From Candidatus Moraniibacteriota bacterium (lineage in GTDB: Bacteria; Patescibacteriota; Minisyncoccia; Moranbacterales; UBA2206), in contig JAAXWW010000001.1 of assembly GCA_013334765.1 (NCBI GenBank), positions 172,589 to 236,588 of the forward strand: DNA of 64,000 nucleotides, read 5' to 3'. The notes beneath the pieces were generated by a model. The model was not told where the DNA came from. It ran no database searches and was given only the letters and a program-made list of their open reading frames with translations. Position 1 is the stretch's first letter. Every line of letters begins with the position of its first letter. The position numbers were made by a program, and so were the translations under genes. Shown in pieces: positions 8,660 through 19,887 of this stretch.

Positions 8660-9157
8660 ATGGACCAATTGATCTCAACATTCCACATCGACCTGAAGCT
8701 CCTCATCGCGCAGGTAGTCAACTTCCTGATCGTTCTTCTTGTACTGTATAAGTTCGCGTATGGACCGGTTCTGAAGACCCTGAATGCGAGGACGAAGAAG
8801 ATCGAAAAAGGGATCAGCGATGCTGATGAAGCTAGAAAGAAGCTGGAAGAGGTTTCGGTGAGCGAAAAGGAAATCCTGACTAATGCGAAAAAAGAAGCGC
8901 AGGAAATCATCAGGAAAGCGGAAGAGGCAGCCGGACGCGACGCGAGCGGCATAGTCGCGGAGGCCAGGACCCAGACTGAGAAAATGATGGAACAGGCGAA
9001 GGTGCAGATTGAAGAGGAAAAAGAAAAGATACTTCTTGAGGTCAAGGGAGAAATCGCCGGGCTTGTCATGGCGGCGACAGAGAAGATTATTGGAGAGAAG
9101 ATGAATAAAGAGAAAGACGAAGAGATCATAAACAAGGCTATGGATGGTTTGAAATAA
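8660..9157 (+). CDS. atpF: ATP synthase F0 subunit b
   Basis: N-terminal TM (AQVVNFLIV...FAYGP) plus charged coiled coil. Confidence 0.95.
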   Translation: MDQLISTFHIDLKLLIAQVVNFLIVLLVLYKFAYGPVLKTLNARTKKIEKGISDADEARKKLEEVSVSEKEILTNAKKEAQEIIRKAEEAAGRDASGIVAEARTQTEKMMEQAKVQIEEEKEKILLEVKGEIAGLVMAATEKIIGEKMNKEKDEEIINKAMDGLK

Positions 9158-9167
9158 TAGAAAAAAG

Positions 9168-9569
9168 ATGAAATATACGGCGACACAATATGCGAAGACC
9201 CTGTATGAGATTACGAAGGGCAGGGGCGAACAGGAGATCAAGGATGACATCGCGGGCTTTTTGCGTCTTCTTGTGAAGAATGGCGATATGAGGCTCCGGG
9301 ATGCTGTCATCAAGAGATTCGGCGAGATATATGACGCGAAAAACGGAATCATCGAGGCGGAAGTCGTTTCAAGGGAAAAACTGGATGCGGCGATGATCGA
9401 TAAGCTGACCGGATTCATCAAGGACAAATACGGCGCGAACGAGGTTGTCATCAAAAACAAGATCGATGAGAAAATAGACGGAGGAATCATTATAAAAGTC
9501 GGAGACGAGCTGATGGACGGAAGCATTGCGAGGCAGCTGGCTAAAATGAGAAACAAATTAATCGCTTAG
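9168..9569 (+). CDS. atpH: ATP synthase F1 subunit delta (short)
   Basis: YAKTL start; [19 protein letters not shown]-terminus; operon position. Confidence 0.9.
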   Translation: MKYTATQYAKTLYEITKGRGEQEIKDDIAGFLRLLVKNGDMRLRDAVIKRFGEIYDAKNGIIEAEVVSREKLDAAMIDKLTGFIKDKYGANEVVIKNKIDEKIDGGIIIKVGDELMDGSIARQLAKMRNKLIA

Positions 9570-9597
9570 GCTTAAATCGAAATTTTTATTTAAAATT

Positions 9598-11106
9598 ATG
9601 AACAAAGACTACATCATCGAACAACTGAAGAGCCAGATCAAAGGTTTCGAATCCGAGACTAAGACCGAGAAGGTCGGGACTGTCATGGAAATCGGGGATG
9701 GGGTCGCCCGCTTGAGCGGACTGACTGATGTCATGGCGAGCGAAATGCTCGAATTCCCGAACGGGGAATTCGGAGTGGCTCTCAATCTTGAGGAAGAGAG
9801 AGTAGGAGCCATGGTGCTCGGCGGATATGACGGCATCAAGGAAGGCGACCAGGTGAAATCGACCGGGAAGATCCTTTCGGTTCCGGTTTCTGACAATTTC
9901 ATCGGCCGCGTGATAAATCCGCTCGGCCTTCCGATCGACGGCAAAGGAGATATTAAGGCGGATGAATCCTATCCGATTGAGAAAATCGCCCCGGGTGTCA
10001 TTACCAGGAAATCGGTTCATCAGCCAGTGCAGACCGGAATAAAGGCCATCGATGCCATGATACCGGTCGGGCGCGGACAGCGCGAGCTTATCATCGGCGA
10101 CAGGCAGACCGGAAAGACGGCGATCGCTATCGACACTATCCTGAACCAGAAAGGCCAGGACATGATCTGCATCTATGTGGCTATCGGACAGAAGGAATCG
10201 AAGGTGGCGAGAATCGTCGGAGAGCTCACTGAACGCGGCGCTATGGACTATACGACGGTTGTCGTGGCTGGAGCATCTGATCCGGCTGCTCTCTCGTATA
10301 TCGCCCCGTATGCAGGCTGCGCGCTGGGCGAATATTTCATGGATAAAGGGAAAGATGTCCTCATCGTTTATGATGATCTTTCCCGCCATGCTTGGGCATA
10401 CCGTCAGATATCCCTCATCCTTCGCCGCCCGCCAGGACGCGAAGCTTATCCGGGAGATGTTTTCTATGTCCACTCGAGGCTTCTGGAAAGAAGCGCCAAA
10501 CTCAATGAGAAATTCGGAGGCGGATCCATCACGGCTCTTCCGATCATCGAAACCCAGGCTGGAGACGTTTCGGCATATATCCCGACCAATGTCATTTCGA
10601 TCACTGACGGACAGATATATCTGGAAGCGGATCTTTTCTATAAAGGAATCCGTCCGGCTCTCAATGTCGGAATCTCGGTTTCCCGCGTGGGATCTTCCGC
10701 TCAGATCAAGGCTATGAAGAAAGTGGCTGGAAAGCTGCGTCTCGACATCGCTCAGTTCCGCGAACTCGAGGCTTTTGCCCAGTTCGGATCCGATCTTGAT
10801 GAAGCGACCAAACAGAAAATCGAAAGAGGAAAAAGAACAGTTGAAATATTGAAACAGGGACAATACGAACCGATGGCAGTCGAGAATCAGGTGGCGATAT
10901 TATATGCCGTTACGAACGGGTTCACGGATGACGTCGAGGTTTCGAAAGTGAGGGATTGGGAGAAGGATTTCCATAAATACCTGAAGAGTTCCAAGAAAGA
11001 AGTCCTAGAACTTATCGCTTCCAAGAAAGAGCTGAGCGAAGACGTGATTGCGGCTCTCGAAGGAGCGATAAAGGAATTCAAAGAAGTTTATCAGAGCGGA
11101 AAATAA
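9598..11106 (+). CDS. atpA: ATP synthase F1 subunit alpha
   Basis: [23 protein letters not shown]. Confidence 0.99.
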   Translation: MNKDYIIEQLKSQIKGFESETKTEKVGTVMEIGDGVARLSGLTDVMASEMLEFPNGEFGVALNLEEERVGAMVLGGYDGIKEGDQVKSTGKILSVPVSDNFIGRVINPLGLPIDGKGDIKADESYPIEKIAPGVITRKSVHQPVQTGIKAIDAMIPVGRGQRELIIGDRQTGKTAIAIDTILNQKGQDMICIYVAIGQKESKVARIVGELTERGAMDYTTVVVAGASDPAALSYIAPYAGCALGEYFMDKGKDVLIVYDDLSRHAWAYRQISLILRRPPGREAYPGDVFYVHSRLLERSAKLNEKFGGGSITALPIIETQAGDVSAYIPTNVISITDGQIYLEADLFYKGIRPALNVGISVSRVGSSAQIKAMKKVAGKLRLDIAQFRELEAFAQFGSDLDEATKQKIERGKRTVEILKQGQYEPMAVENQVAILYAVTNGFTDDVEVSKVRDWEKDFHKYLKSSKKEVLELIASKKELSEDVIAALEGAIKEFKEVYQSGK

Positions 11107-11116
11107 AACATAATTT

Positions 11117-12079
11117 ATGGCTAGCTCAACGCGAGACATCAGAAGAAGGATAAAATCCATCAATAACACGAGGAAGATCACCCGTGCGATGGAGATGGTT
11201 TCGGCTGCCAAAATGAGGCGGGCCGTTGCCAGCGTGCTGGGGATCCGTCCCTATGCGCACAGCGCCTGGAGCGTGCTTACTAACCTAGCGAGGGCTTTCC
11301 GCGAGGAATACGGCAAGGGACTCCTTGCGGTGCGCGAGGTGAAGAGCGTCCTTGTCATCGTCATCACATCCAATCGCGGGCTTTGCGGTTCCTTCAATGC
11401 GCAGATAATGAAGAAGGTCCGGGATGAAATCAATAATCCCAAGAGGCTGAAAATAAACCGTGTCGGAGAAAGGAAAATAGAATCCGGCATTTCCGATGCG
11501 GATCTCAATATCGATTTCATAACCATCGGCAAGAAAGGGGAGATGCTCATCAGGAAAATGAGCCGGGAAATCGTAGCGACTTTCCCTGAGCTTACCTATC
11601 TTCCGAAAATAGAGGACGTGCGCGGAGTTTCGAAAATAGTCATCGATGATTATCTATCGAAGAAATATGACAAAGTGGTTATCGCATATACTGACTATGT
11701 TTCAGCGATCGTCCAGGAACCGAAAATCCGTCAGCTGCTTCCGATTTCGAAAATAGATCTGGAAAAACAGATTGCTGAAATGGACTCCCATGCCAAGGAA
11801 TTCGGGCTGAAGCAGCCGAAGACCGAATACAAAGTTGAGCCTGATCCGGTGACGGTTCTCGATCATATCTTCCCGCGCCTTATCGAAATGCAGATATATC
11901 ACGCGATCCTGGAATCCAACGCTTCCAAGGAATCGGCGACGATGGTGGCGATGAGGAACGCGACGGATGCGGCCGGAGAGATGTCAGACAGTCTCACGCT
12001 TGCCTATAACCAGATCCGCCAGATGAAGATCACCCAGGAAATAGCAGAAATTTCAGCAGGCCGGGCAGCATTGGAATAG
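11117..12079 (+). CDS. atpG: ATP synthase F1 subunit gamma
   Basis: KITRAMEMVSAAK, RGLCGSFN, RQMKITQEIAEI. Confidence 0.98.
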   Translation: MASSTRDIRRRIKSINNTRKITRAMEMVSAAKMRRAVASVLGIRPYAHSAWSVLTNLARAFREEYGKGLLAVREVKSVLVIVITSNRGLCGSFNAQIMKKVRDEINNPKRLKINRVGERKIESGISDADLNIDFITIGKKGEMLIRKMSREIVATFPELTYLPKIEDVRGVSKIVIDDYLSKKYDKVVIAYTDYVSAIVQEPKIRQLLPISKIDLEKQIAEMDSHAKEFGLKQPKTEYKVEPDPVTVLDHIFPRLIEMQIYHAILESNASKESATMVAMRNATDAAGEMSDSLTLAYNQIRQMKITQEIAEISAGRAALE

Positions 12080-12188
12080 CATTTAGGATAGTATTTGAAA
12101 TATATCGAAAAAAGTCAGGTTCTTTGATTTTGAGAATAAAAAAAACCGCCCCGGACCCCTGTTGGGGACCCGAGGCGGGAGAGGCTAG

Positions 12189-12710
12189 CTACGCAGAACT
12201 TTCGTCATTTTTGTTCTGGCAGTAGTGAGCCAATACAATCAGGGTGCCCAAAAGCGCAAGCACGACGCCGACTATTGCGGCGGTCGAGACTGCAAAGTCT
12301 CGGTTTTCGGCCAAGATTGCCGCGACAATAAATATTGCTCCTGTTATGACCATTGATAACCCGGTCGCAACCGGCTTTTTGGTGAAGCCGTCAATGGCGA
12401 CGACTTTGGCGACATGGATGGTTTTCTTGAGCCATTCCTTGGACACTTCGACTCCCTTGTTGATGGTTCCGAGTGCTCTCAAAAAGAGAGCGTCGATCTG
12501 GTCCATGATCTCGGCATTATTCCATGCCAATACAATCATGAACAAGAATCCTGCCATGGACACCACGAATCCTATGACAAGCAAATGGATGGTTATGGTC
12601 ATCCAGACTTCACCCGTCGCATTTTTGCTGAAAGCCACCAGAAAGCCGGTGGCTAAAATAAAAAGTCCTAAAAACGACACAACAAAGGAACTCAATAACG
12701 CTTTGGACAT
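12189..12710 (-). CDS. hypothetical membrane protein interrupting the atp operon
   Basis: 173 aa, four hydrophobic segments; own promoter, and a GC hairpin with T-run at about 12138-12180. Confidence 0.7.
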   Translation of the reverse strand: MSKALLSSFVVSFLGLFILATGFLVAFSKNATGEVWMTITIHLLVIGFVVSMAGFLFMIVLAWNNAEIMDQIDALFLRALGTINKGVEVSKEWLKKTIHVAKVVAIDGFTKKPVATGLSMVITGAIFIVAAILAENRDFAVSTAAIVGVVLALLGTLIVLAHYCQNKNDESSA

Positions 12711-12784
12711 GATTCTGACCTCTCTACGATATATGTATACGGGTTTTTAAAGGGCTATTTTATGTCAGTAGATACTGACTTTAA

Positions 12785-12813
12785 ACTATAGCACACAAAA
12801 CACGAAAAGTCAA
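12785..12813 (-). promoter_or_regulatory. sigma70 promoter for 12189-12710
   Basis: TTGACT, 17 bp, TATAGT on the minus strand. Confidence 0.6.
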
Positions 12814-12918
12814 TGATTGAATCCTTGTTAGCGTATATGGCTTTAAATAAGGCAATATCCGGCAATAAGAATTTAATTAAGATAAGTATAACATTTATTA
12901 AGCTAAAAGGCTAAGTAA

Positions 12919-14304
<1,386 letters not shown>

Positions 14305-14418
14305 GAATTTAGTATTTTGAATTTTGAATGGGAACAAAGAATATTGAATCAATGCCGTATTCTGAATTCAATATTCTCATTCTAAATACTGAATTCACAA
14401 TTCGATATTCTAAAAAAG

Positions 14419-14862
14419 ATGTCGGAATTATCCATAAAATTGAAAATAGTCACTCCGGAAAAGACCGTTTTTGAGGATACGGTGAGCCAGGCTACGCTTT
14501 CGACGACTGACGGGCAGATAACTATACTGCCGAATCACCGTTCGTATATAGCGAGCCTCAGGCCTGACGAGCTCATGTTTAAGAAGGAATCAAAGGAAAC
14601 GATCCTGTATATCTCGGGAGGCTTTATCGAGTTCAACAGGAACGAGCTGGTAGTTCTGGCTGATACGGCGGAAAGAGTCGAGGAAATAGATCTTAAGAAC
14701 GCAGAGGAAGCGAGGGCGCGCGCCGAGGAACTCAAGAAGGAGAAGATATTGATGAGCGACGAGGAATATGCCGCCGTGGCTGCCGCGATCGAAAGGGAAT
14801 CAGCCAGGGTCAGGATCGCGAGGAAGCACTATTCCAAGCGCGGGGTATCTTTGGGAGAGTAA
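14419..14862 (+). CDS. atpC: ATP synthase F1 subunit epsilon
   Basis: LKIVTPEK, ILPNH, SGGFIE, VLADTAE. Confidence 0.95.
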   Translation: MSELSIKLKIVTPEKTVFEDTVSQATLSTTDGQITILPNHRSYIASLRPDELMFKKESKETILYISGGFIEFNRNELVVLADTAERVEEIDLKNAEEARARAEELKKEKILMSDEEYAAVAAAIERESARVRIARKHYSKRGVSLGE

Positions 14863-14915
14863 TTTTTTTAGATAAGCTGCTCGGCAGTTTTCTGTCTGAC
14901 AAGCCAGCAATCATC

Positions 14916-15362
14916 ATGAAGATAAAATTCAACTACAAGGGAGTGCATCATTGCGAAGCGGTCGTCCTGAGCTGCATCGATTTCCGTTTTTGGCGTGAAA
15001 GCGTCGAGTTCATAGAAAAAGGGTTGGGAATCAGGTCTTTCGATTTCCCATCGGTTCCCGGATCGGCTAAGGCAGTAAATGAATCTTATTCCATAGAAGA
15101 GACGGTAAAAAGCTGCATAAGCGTTCCGATGGAACTTCATAATGCCAAGAAGATAGTTATCATAAACCACGAGGATTGCGGAGCTTATGGCGGATCGAAG
15201 GAGTTCGGCGGCGATAGCGCAAAGGAGCAGTCTTTCCACGAAGAAGAGCTGAGAACCGCCAAGAGAAACATCCTGGAGCATTTTCCGGACAAGGAAGTGA
15301 TCCTGGTTTATGCCCGGTTTGCCGATGACGGCGAAGCGGTCGAATTTTTGACGATTGAATGA
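14916..15362 (+). CDS. beta-class carbonic anhydrase-like protein
   Basis: SCIDFR and HEDCGAYG zinc-ligand motifs. Confidence 0.8.
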   Translation: MKIKFNYKGVHHCEAVVLSCIDFRFWRESVEFIEKGLGIRSFDFPSVPGSAKAVNESYSIEETVKSCISVPMELHNAKKIVIINHEDCGAYGGSKEFGGDSAKEQSFHEEELRTAKRNILEHFPDKEVILVYARFADDGEAVEFLTIE

Positions 15363-16057
15363 GTTTTGGCAATAGGGTCATATCGCAGTTTCTTTACAAT
15401 TTAAAAAAGGGAAGGTTGAAGATGCCTCATTTCGACGATTGTTTCGGCAATCCGATTATAGATCAGGATGCTTTTGTCAGCAGCCAAGCAACGATTATCG
15501 GGAAGATTATCATAGAGAAAGATGTTATTGTCGCTCCTAACGTCTCTCTGCGAGCAGATGAAGGCAGTCCGTTCATAATACGTAAAGGTACGAATATTCA
15601 GGACGGTGTCGTGTTTCACGGATTGTTGGGAAAATATGTGAGATGTGAAGGAGAAGACTATTCTATTCATATTGGGTCGCACTGCTCGATTGCTCATGGA
15701 GCCATAGTCCATGGTCCGTCGTCGGTGGGAAAAAAGACATTCATTGGTTTCAGAGCGATTGTGCACAACTCGAGTGTTGGCAAACATTGCTTTATCGATA
15801 TGCAAGCCACGGTCAAAGGTTCATTGGTTGGAGATTTCTGTCATATTGGGACAGGAGCCAGACTGATAGGGGTCAACGTTCCTTGCAACAGATACATAGA
15901 GGATGGGCTTATAGTCAACAAGCAAGAGATGGTGAAAACCTTGCCTTGCATAAGCGAAGAACAGCTGCTTCTTGATTATGAATTCAACAAAGAAGTGGTT
16001 GATTATAACAAAATTCTCGTCGGAAGATATCGTGAAAGGCGTAAATCTATGCTATAA
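15359..16057 (+). CDS. gamma-class carbonic anhydrase-like hexapeptide protein
   Basis: SLRADEG, TNIQDGVVFHG, IAHGAIVHGP; start may be 15422. Confidence 0.85.
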   Translation: MSFGNRVISQFLYNLKKGRLKMPHFDDCFGNPIIDQDAFVSSQATIIGKIIIEKDVIVAPNVSLRADEGSPFIIRKGTNIQDGVVFHGLLGKYVRCEGEDYSIHIGSHCSIAHGAIVHGPSSVGKKTFIGFRAIVHNSSVGKHCFIDMQATVKGSLVGDFCHIGTGARLIGVNVPCNRYIEDGLIVNKQEMVKTLPCISEEQLLLDYEFNKEVVDYNKILVGRYRERRKSML

Positions 16058-16073
16058 AACGAAGCTAACTTAT

Positions 16074-16110
16074 AGGCAGTGCTCCACATGTGGAGCACTG
16101 CCTTTTTTCT
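16074..16110 (+). terminator. intrinsic terminator (perfect 30-bp palindrome)
   Basis: AGGCAGTGCTCCACATGTGGAGCACTGCCT then T-run. Confidence 0.8.
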
Positions 16111-16151
16111 TGAAAAAAACCAGGAAATAGGCTACAGTTAAATGGAAACAT

Positions 16152-16235
16152 ATGGAAAAATACAATCCTAGCGAAATTGAGCCTAAATGGCCCGCCTTCG
16201 TCCCGCTTAGCGGGACTTCGGTGGGCAAAGCATAA
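16152..16235 (+). pseudogene. truncated duplicate of the leuS 5' end ending in a palindromic element
   Basis: Reads MEKYNPSEIEPKW-PAFVPLSGTSVGKA* versus true start MEKYEPSKIEPKW. Confidence 0.7.
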
Positions 16236-16239
16236 ATAT

Positions 16240-19110
16240 ATGGAAAAATACGAGCCTTCTAAAATCGAGCCGAAATGGCAGAAATGTTGGGAAGAACATC
16301 CGGAGCTTTCGGCTGCCGATGATGCCGTGAATAAGCCGAAATATTATTGTTTGGACATGTTCCCGTATCCTTCTGGCGATGGCTTGCATGTGGGCCATGT
16401 GGAAAGCTATACGGCGACTGATATCGTTTCGCGTTTCAAGCGAATGAACGGAAAAAATGTGCTTCATCCGCAAGGTTGGGACGCGTTCGGCCTGCCTGCT
16501 GAGAACTATGCGATCAAGACCGGAACCCATCCGGATCTGAGGACGCATCAGAATATTGCGAATTTCACAAGACAGATAAAATCCCTTGGCATGTCATATG
16601 ACTGGTCGCGGGAAATCGATACATCAAACCCTGAATATTACAAATGGACGCAATGGCTGTTTCTGCTGTTCTATAAGAACGGATTGGCATACAAGAAAAT
16701 GGGGAAGGTCAATTGGTGCCCTTCCTGCCAAACAGTGCTTGCTAACGAACAGGTTGAAGATGGAATCTGCGAGAGATGCAAGAATGAAGTGATTCAGAAA
16801 GATCTCGAGCAATGGTATTTCAAGATCACGGATTTCATCGAGAACAACAAAGAAACGACAGGCCTCATTGAAGGCTTGGGGAAAGTCGATTGGCCCGGTT
16901 CAACAATAGCGGCGCAAAAGAATTGGATCGGCAAAAGCGAAGGAGTCGAATTCAAATTCAAGGTCAAGAATTCAGATTCCGAAATCAGTGTTTATACTAC
17001 GCGTATAGACACGGTTTTCGGTGTGACATACGTAGTTGTCGGTCCGGAACACAGGATCATCAAAGGGCTCAAAGACAAGATTTCAAACATAGAAGAAGTC
17101 GAGACATATGTGGCAGAAACGAAAAAGAAAACGGATCTTGAAAGAATGGAGGCGAAGGTGAAGACTGGCGTTGAATTGAGAGGAATAAAAGTCATCAACC
17201 CGTTCAGCGGCCAGGAAGTGCCTCTCTTCGTTGCGGATTATGTCTTGAGTCAATATGGAACCGGAGCGGTTATGGCAGTTCCGGCGCATGACGAAAGGGA
17301 TTTCGAGTTTGCGAAGAAATATGATTTGCCGATAAAGAGGGTGATAGAACCTAAATTTATTGCTGGCCCAGGAAGCGATTCTGCGATAATGCCTGGTCAG
17401 GAATATATAAAGCGCAGTGCTATTGCCGCAGTTATTAGAAATCCCAAAGATGACACGTATTTATGTATCAGCTGGAAAACTGCTCATATGCATGGAATAG
17501 TTACTGGCGGTGTTGATGAAGGCGAAGATATCGTCGAAGCTGCGCGGCGTGAAGTGCTTGAAGAGACTGGATACAAAAATTTGAAATTGGTAAAAATTTC
17601 AGACAAAGCAATTCATAGTCTTTTTTATCACCGTGTAAAGAAACAGAATCGCTGGGCACGTTTCCAATATGTAATTTTTGATTTGATTGACGAGCAACAA
17701 GAAGCTATAGATGAAAAAGAAGCGGCTCTGCATGAAATTATTTGGAAGAAAAAAGAAGAGCTTAGGGACTTTTTTAGTGTTATTGAAGGAACTTACATAA
17801 TGAATCTTCTTGATAATATTGATAGTGCTTTTACGGATGATGGTGTTGTGTATAATTCCGGAGAATATGACTGGATGGATTCTTCCGAGGCTCGCAAAAA
17901 GATGGCCCAGTGGCTGGAAAAAGAGGGGATCGGTAAGAAGAAGATAAATTACAAGCTGCGCGATTGGCTGGTTTCGAGGCAAAGATATTGGGGCGCTCCG
18001 ATTCCGATCATATATTGCGACAAGTGCGGAGCGGTTCCGGTTCCGGAGAAGGACTTGCCGGTGATGCTTCCGACAGATGTGGATTTCAAGCCGATTGGAG
18101 AATCTCCATTGGCATATTCGAAAACTTTCCATGATGTGGTTTGCCCGAAATGCGGAGGGAAAGCCAGGAGAGAATCGGACACGATGGATACATTCGTCTG
18201 CTCATCTTGGTATTATTTCAGATATTCCGATCCGAAAAACAGAGAAGAGTTCGCATCAAAAGAGAATATAAAGAAATGGCTGCCGGTTGATCTATACGTC
18301 GGAGGAGCGGAGCATAGCGTGCTCCATCTTCTGTATGCCAGGTTTTTCACGAAAGCATTGCACAATCTCGGATACGTCGGCTTTGATGAGCCGTTCTTGA
18401 AATTGCGCCATCAGGGAATGATTCTGGCGGAAGACGGACGCAAGATGTCGAAGTCGCTCGGGAATGTCATAAATCCGGATGTCGTCGTGAAGGAATTCGG
18501 GGCTGACTCGCTGCGCATATTCGAGATGTTCATGGGTCCATTTGATGCGATGAAACCGTGGAATACGAAAGGAATAGTCGGGATGCAGAGGTTTTTGGAT
18601 AAAGTATGGAGATTTAGCGAAACAGTTTCCGATAGCAATGAGCCGGACGTGAAGATCCAATCATTGCTTCACAAAACAATCAAGAAAGTCACCGCTGACA
18701 TTGAAGATTTCCATTTCAATACTGCTGTATCGCAGCTCATGATCCTGGCTAATGCAATGGAAAAGGAAACGGTAATTTTCAAGGATGAATACGGAAAATT
18801 CCTCATTCTCCTTTCTCCCTTCGCTCCGCATATCGCGGAAGAGCTGTGGTCCAGAATCGGAAATGACAAATCTATTTTCCTGGAGTCCTGGCCGGAATAC
18901 GACGCGGAATTGGCCAAGGATGAAGAGGCTGAAGTCGTGATCCAGGTCAACGGGAAAGTGCGCGATAAGATGACCGTCAGCGCGGATATGGATGAAGAGG
19001 AAATGAAAGCTCTCGCTATCGCAAGTGAAAAAGTACAAGCTCATATATCAGGAAAGGAAATCAGGAAAATCATCGTTGTCAAAGGCAGGCTCGTCAGCAT
19101 AGTGGTCTAG
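16240..19110 (+). CDS. leuS: leucine--tRNA ligase with inserted Nudix domain
   Basis: MFPYPSGDGLHVGH, GTGAVMAVPAHD, KMSKS; Nudix box GGVDEGEDIVEAARREVLEETG; start at ATG 16240. Confidence 0.97.
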   Translation: MEKYEPSKIEPKWQKCWEEHPELSAADDAVNKPKYYCLDMFPYPSGDGLHVGHVESYTATDIVSRFKRMNGKNVLHPQGWDAFGLPAENYAIKTGTHPDLRTHQNIANFTRQIKSLGMSYDWSREIDTSNPEYYKWTQWLFLLFYKNGLAYKKMGKVNWCPSCQTVLANEQVEDGICERCKNEVIQKDLEQWYFKITDFIENNKETTGLIEGLGKVDWPGSTIAAQKNWIGKSEGVEFKFKVKNSDSEISVYTTRIDTVFGVTYVVVGPEHRIIKGLKDKISNIEEVETYVAETKKKTDLERMEAKVKTGVELRGIKVINPFSGQEVPLFVADYVLSQYGTGAVMAVPAHDERDFEFAKKYDLPIKRVIEPKFIAGPGSDSAIMPGQEYIKRSAIAAVIRNPKDDTYLCISWKTAHMHGIVTGGVDEGEDIVEAARREVLEETGYKNLKLVKISDKAIHSLFYHRVKKQNRWARFQYVIFDLIDEQQEAIDEKEAALHEIIWKKKEELRDFFSVIEGTYIMNLLDNIDSAFTDDGVVYNSGEYDWMDSSEARKKMAQWLEKEGIGKKKINYKLRDWLVSRQRYWGAPIPIIYCDKCGAVPVPEKDLPVMLPTDVDFKPIGESPLAYSKTFHDVVCPKCGGKARRESDTMDTFVCSSWYYFRYSDPKNREEFASKENIKKWLPVDLYVGGAEHSVLHLLYARFFTKALHNLGYVGFDEPFLKLRHQGMILAEDGRKMSKSLGNVINPDVVVKEFGADSLRIFEMFMGPFDAMKPWNTKGIVGMQRFLDKVWRFSETVSDSNEPDVKIQSLLHKTIKKVTADIEDFHFNTAVSQLMILANAMEKETVIFKDEYGKFLILLSPFAPHIAEELWSRIGNDKSIFLESWPEYDAELAKDEEAEVVIQVNGKVRDKMTVSADMDEEEMKALAIASEKVQAHISGKEIRKIIVVKGRLVSIVV

Positions 19111-19185
19111 TTTCAGGGGGATTCGGAGTTAAAACGGATTTTTGATTTGCGTTTTTTAACTTTTAATTTTTCTGAATAAAATATT

Positions 19186-19869
19186 ATGCAAGCTGTGATT
19201 CTGGCGGCCGGCAGGGGGAAGCGGATGAAAAGCCTCACTAAAGATACTTCTAAGGTGATGCTCAAGATCAAGGGAAAACCGATCCTAGAGCATAAGCTGG
19301 AAATGCTTCCTCGTTCAGTCAATGAAATCATCATGGTTGTGGGATATCAGGGCGACCAGATAATCAGGCACTTCAAGAGGTATTTCGGCGGACGCCGGAT
19401 CATATATGTCCTCCAAGTGAATCAGAATGGGACAGGGGGCGCGCTTCATCTTGCCAAAAGCGTCCTCCGCGACAAATTCCTGGTGATGATGGGGGACGAT
19501 CTGTATCACAAGAAAGACATCACTGGCATCATGAAGCATGATTTGGCGATCTTGGGTTATGAAGTCGAGGATACGAGCCGGTTCGGGATTATCAAGAAGA
19601 ATACTCGTTCTAATCTTGTCGATATAGTCGAGAAGCCTAAGCGGTCGAAAGATAAGCTTGCCAATGCGGGACTGTATATGCTTAACAGGAAATTTTTCGA
19701 TTACGACTTGGTGCATATCGGAGGCGGAGAATTCGGTTTGCCTCAGACGCTTGCCAAGATGGCGAAGGATCATCGGATAAAGGTCCAGAAAGCGACTGCT
19801 TGGCATCCGATCGGAGTTCCGGAGGATCTTCTGGCAGCAGAAAAAGTGATTCATGAATTTGCGAAATAA
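19186..19869 (+). CDS. sugar-phosphate nucleotidyltransferase (GlmU N-terminal-like)
   Basis: AVILAAGRGKRM, GTGGAL, MMGDD, IVEKP. Confidence 0.85.
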   Translation: MQAVILAAGRGKRMKSLTKDTSKVMLKIKGKPILEHKLEMLPRSVNEIIMVVGYQGDQIIRHFKRYFGGRRIIYVLQVNQNGTGGALHLAKSVLRDKFLVMMGDDLYHKKDITGIMKHDLAILGYEVEDTSRFGIIKKNTRSNLVDIVEKPKRSKDKLANAGLYMLNRKFFDYDLVHIGGGEFGLPQTLAKMAKDHRIKVQKATAWHPIGVPEDLLAAEKVIHEFAK

Positions 19870-19887
19870 AATTGCTAAAATAAACTT

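Noticed and set aside
16177-16239. Longer LeuS N-terminus from the track (MSLNGPPSS...)
   Set aside because: It reads through the palindrome from a TTG; the homologous start is ATG 16240.
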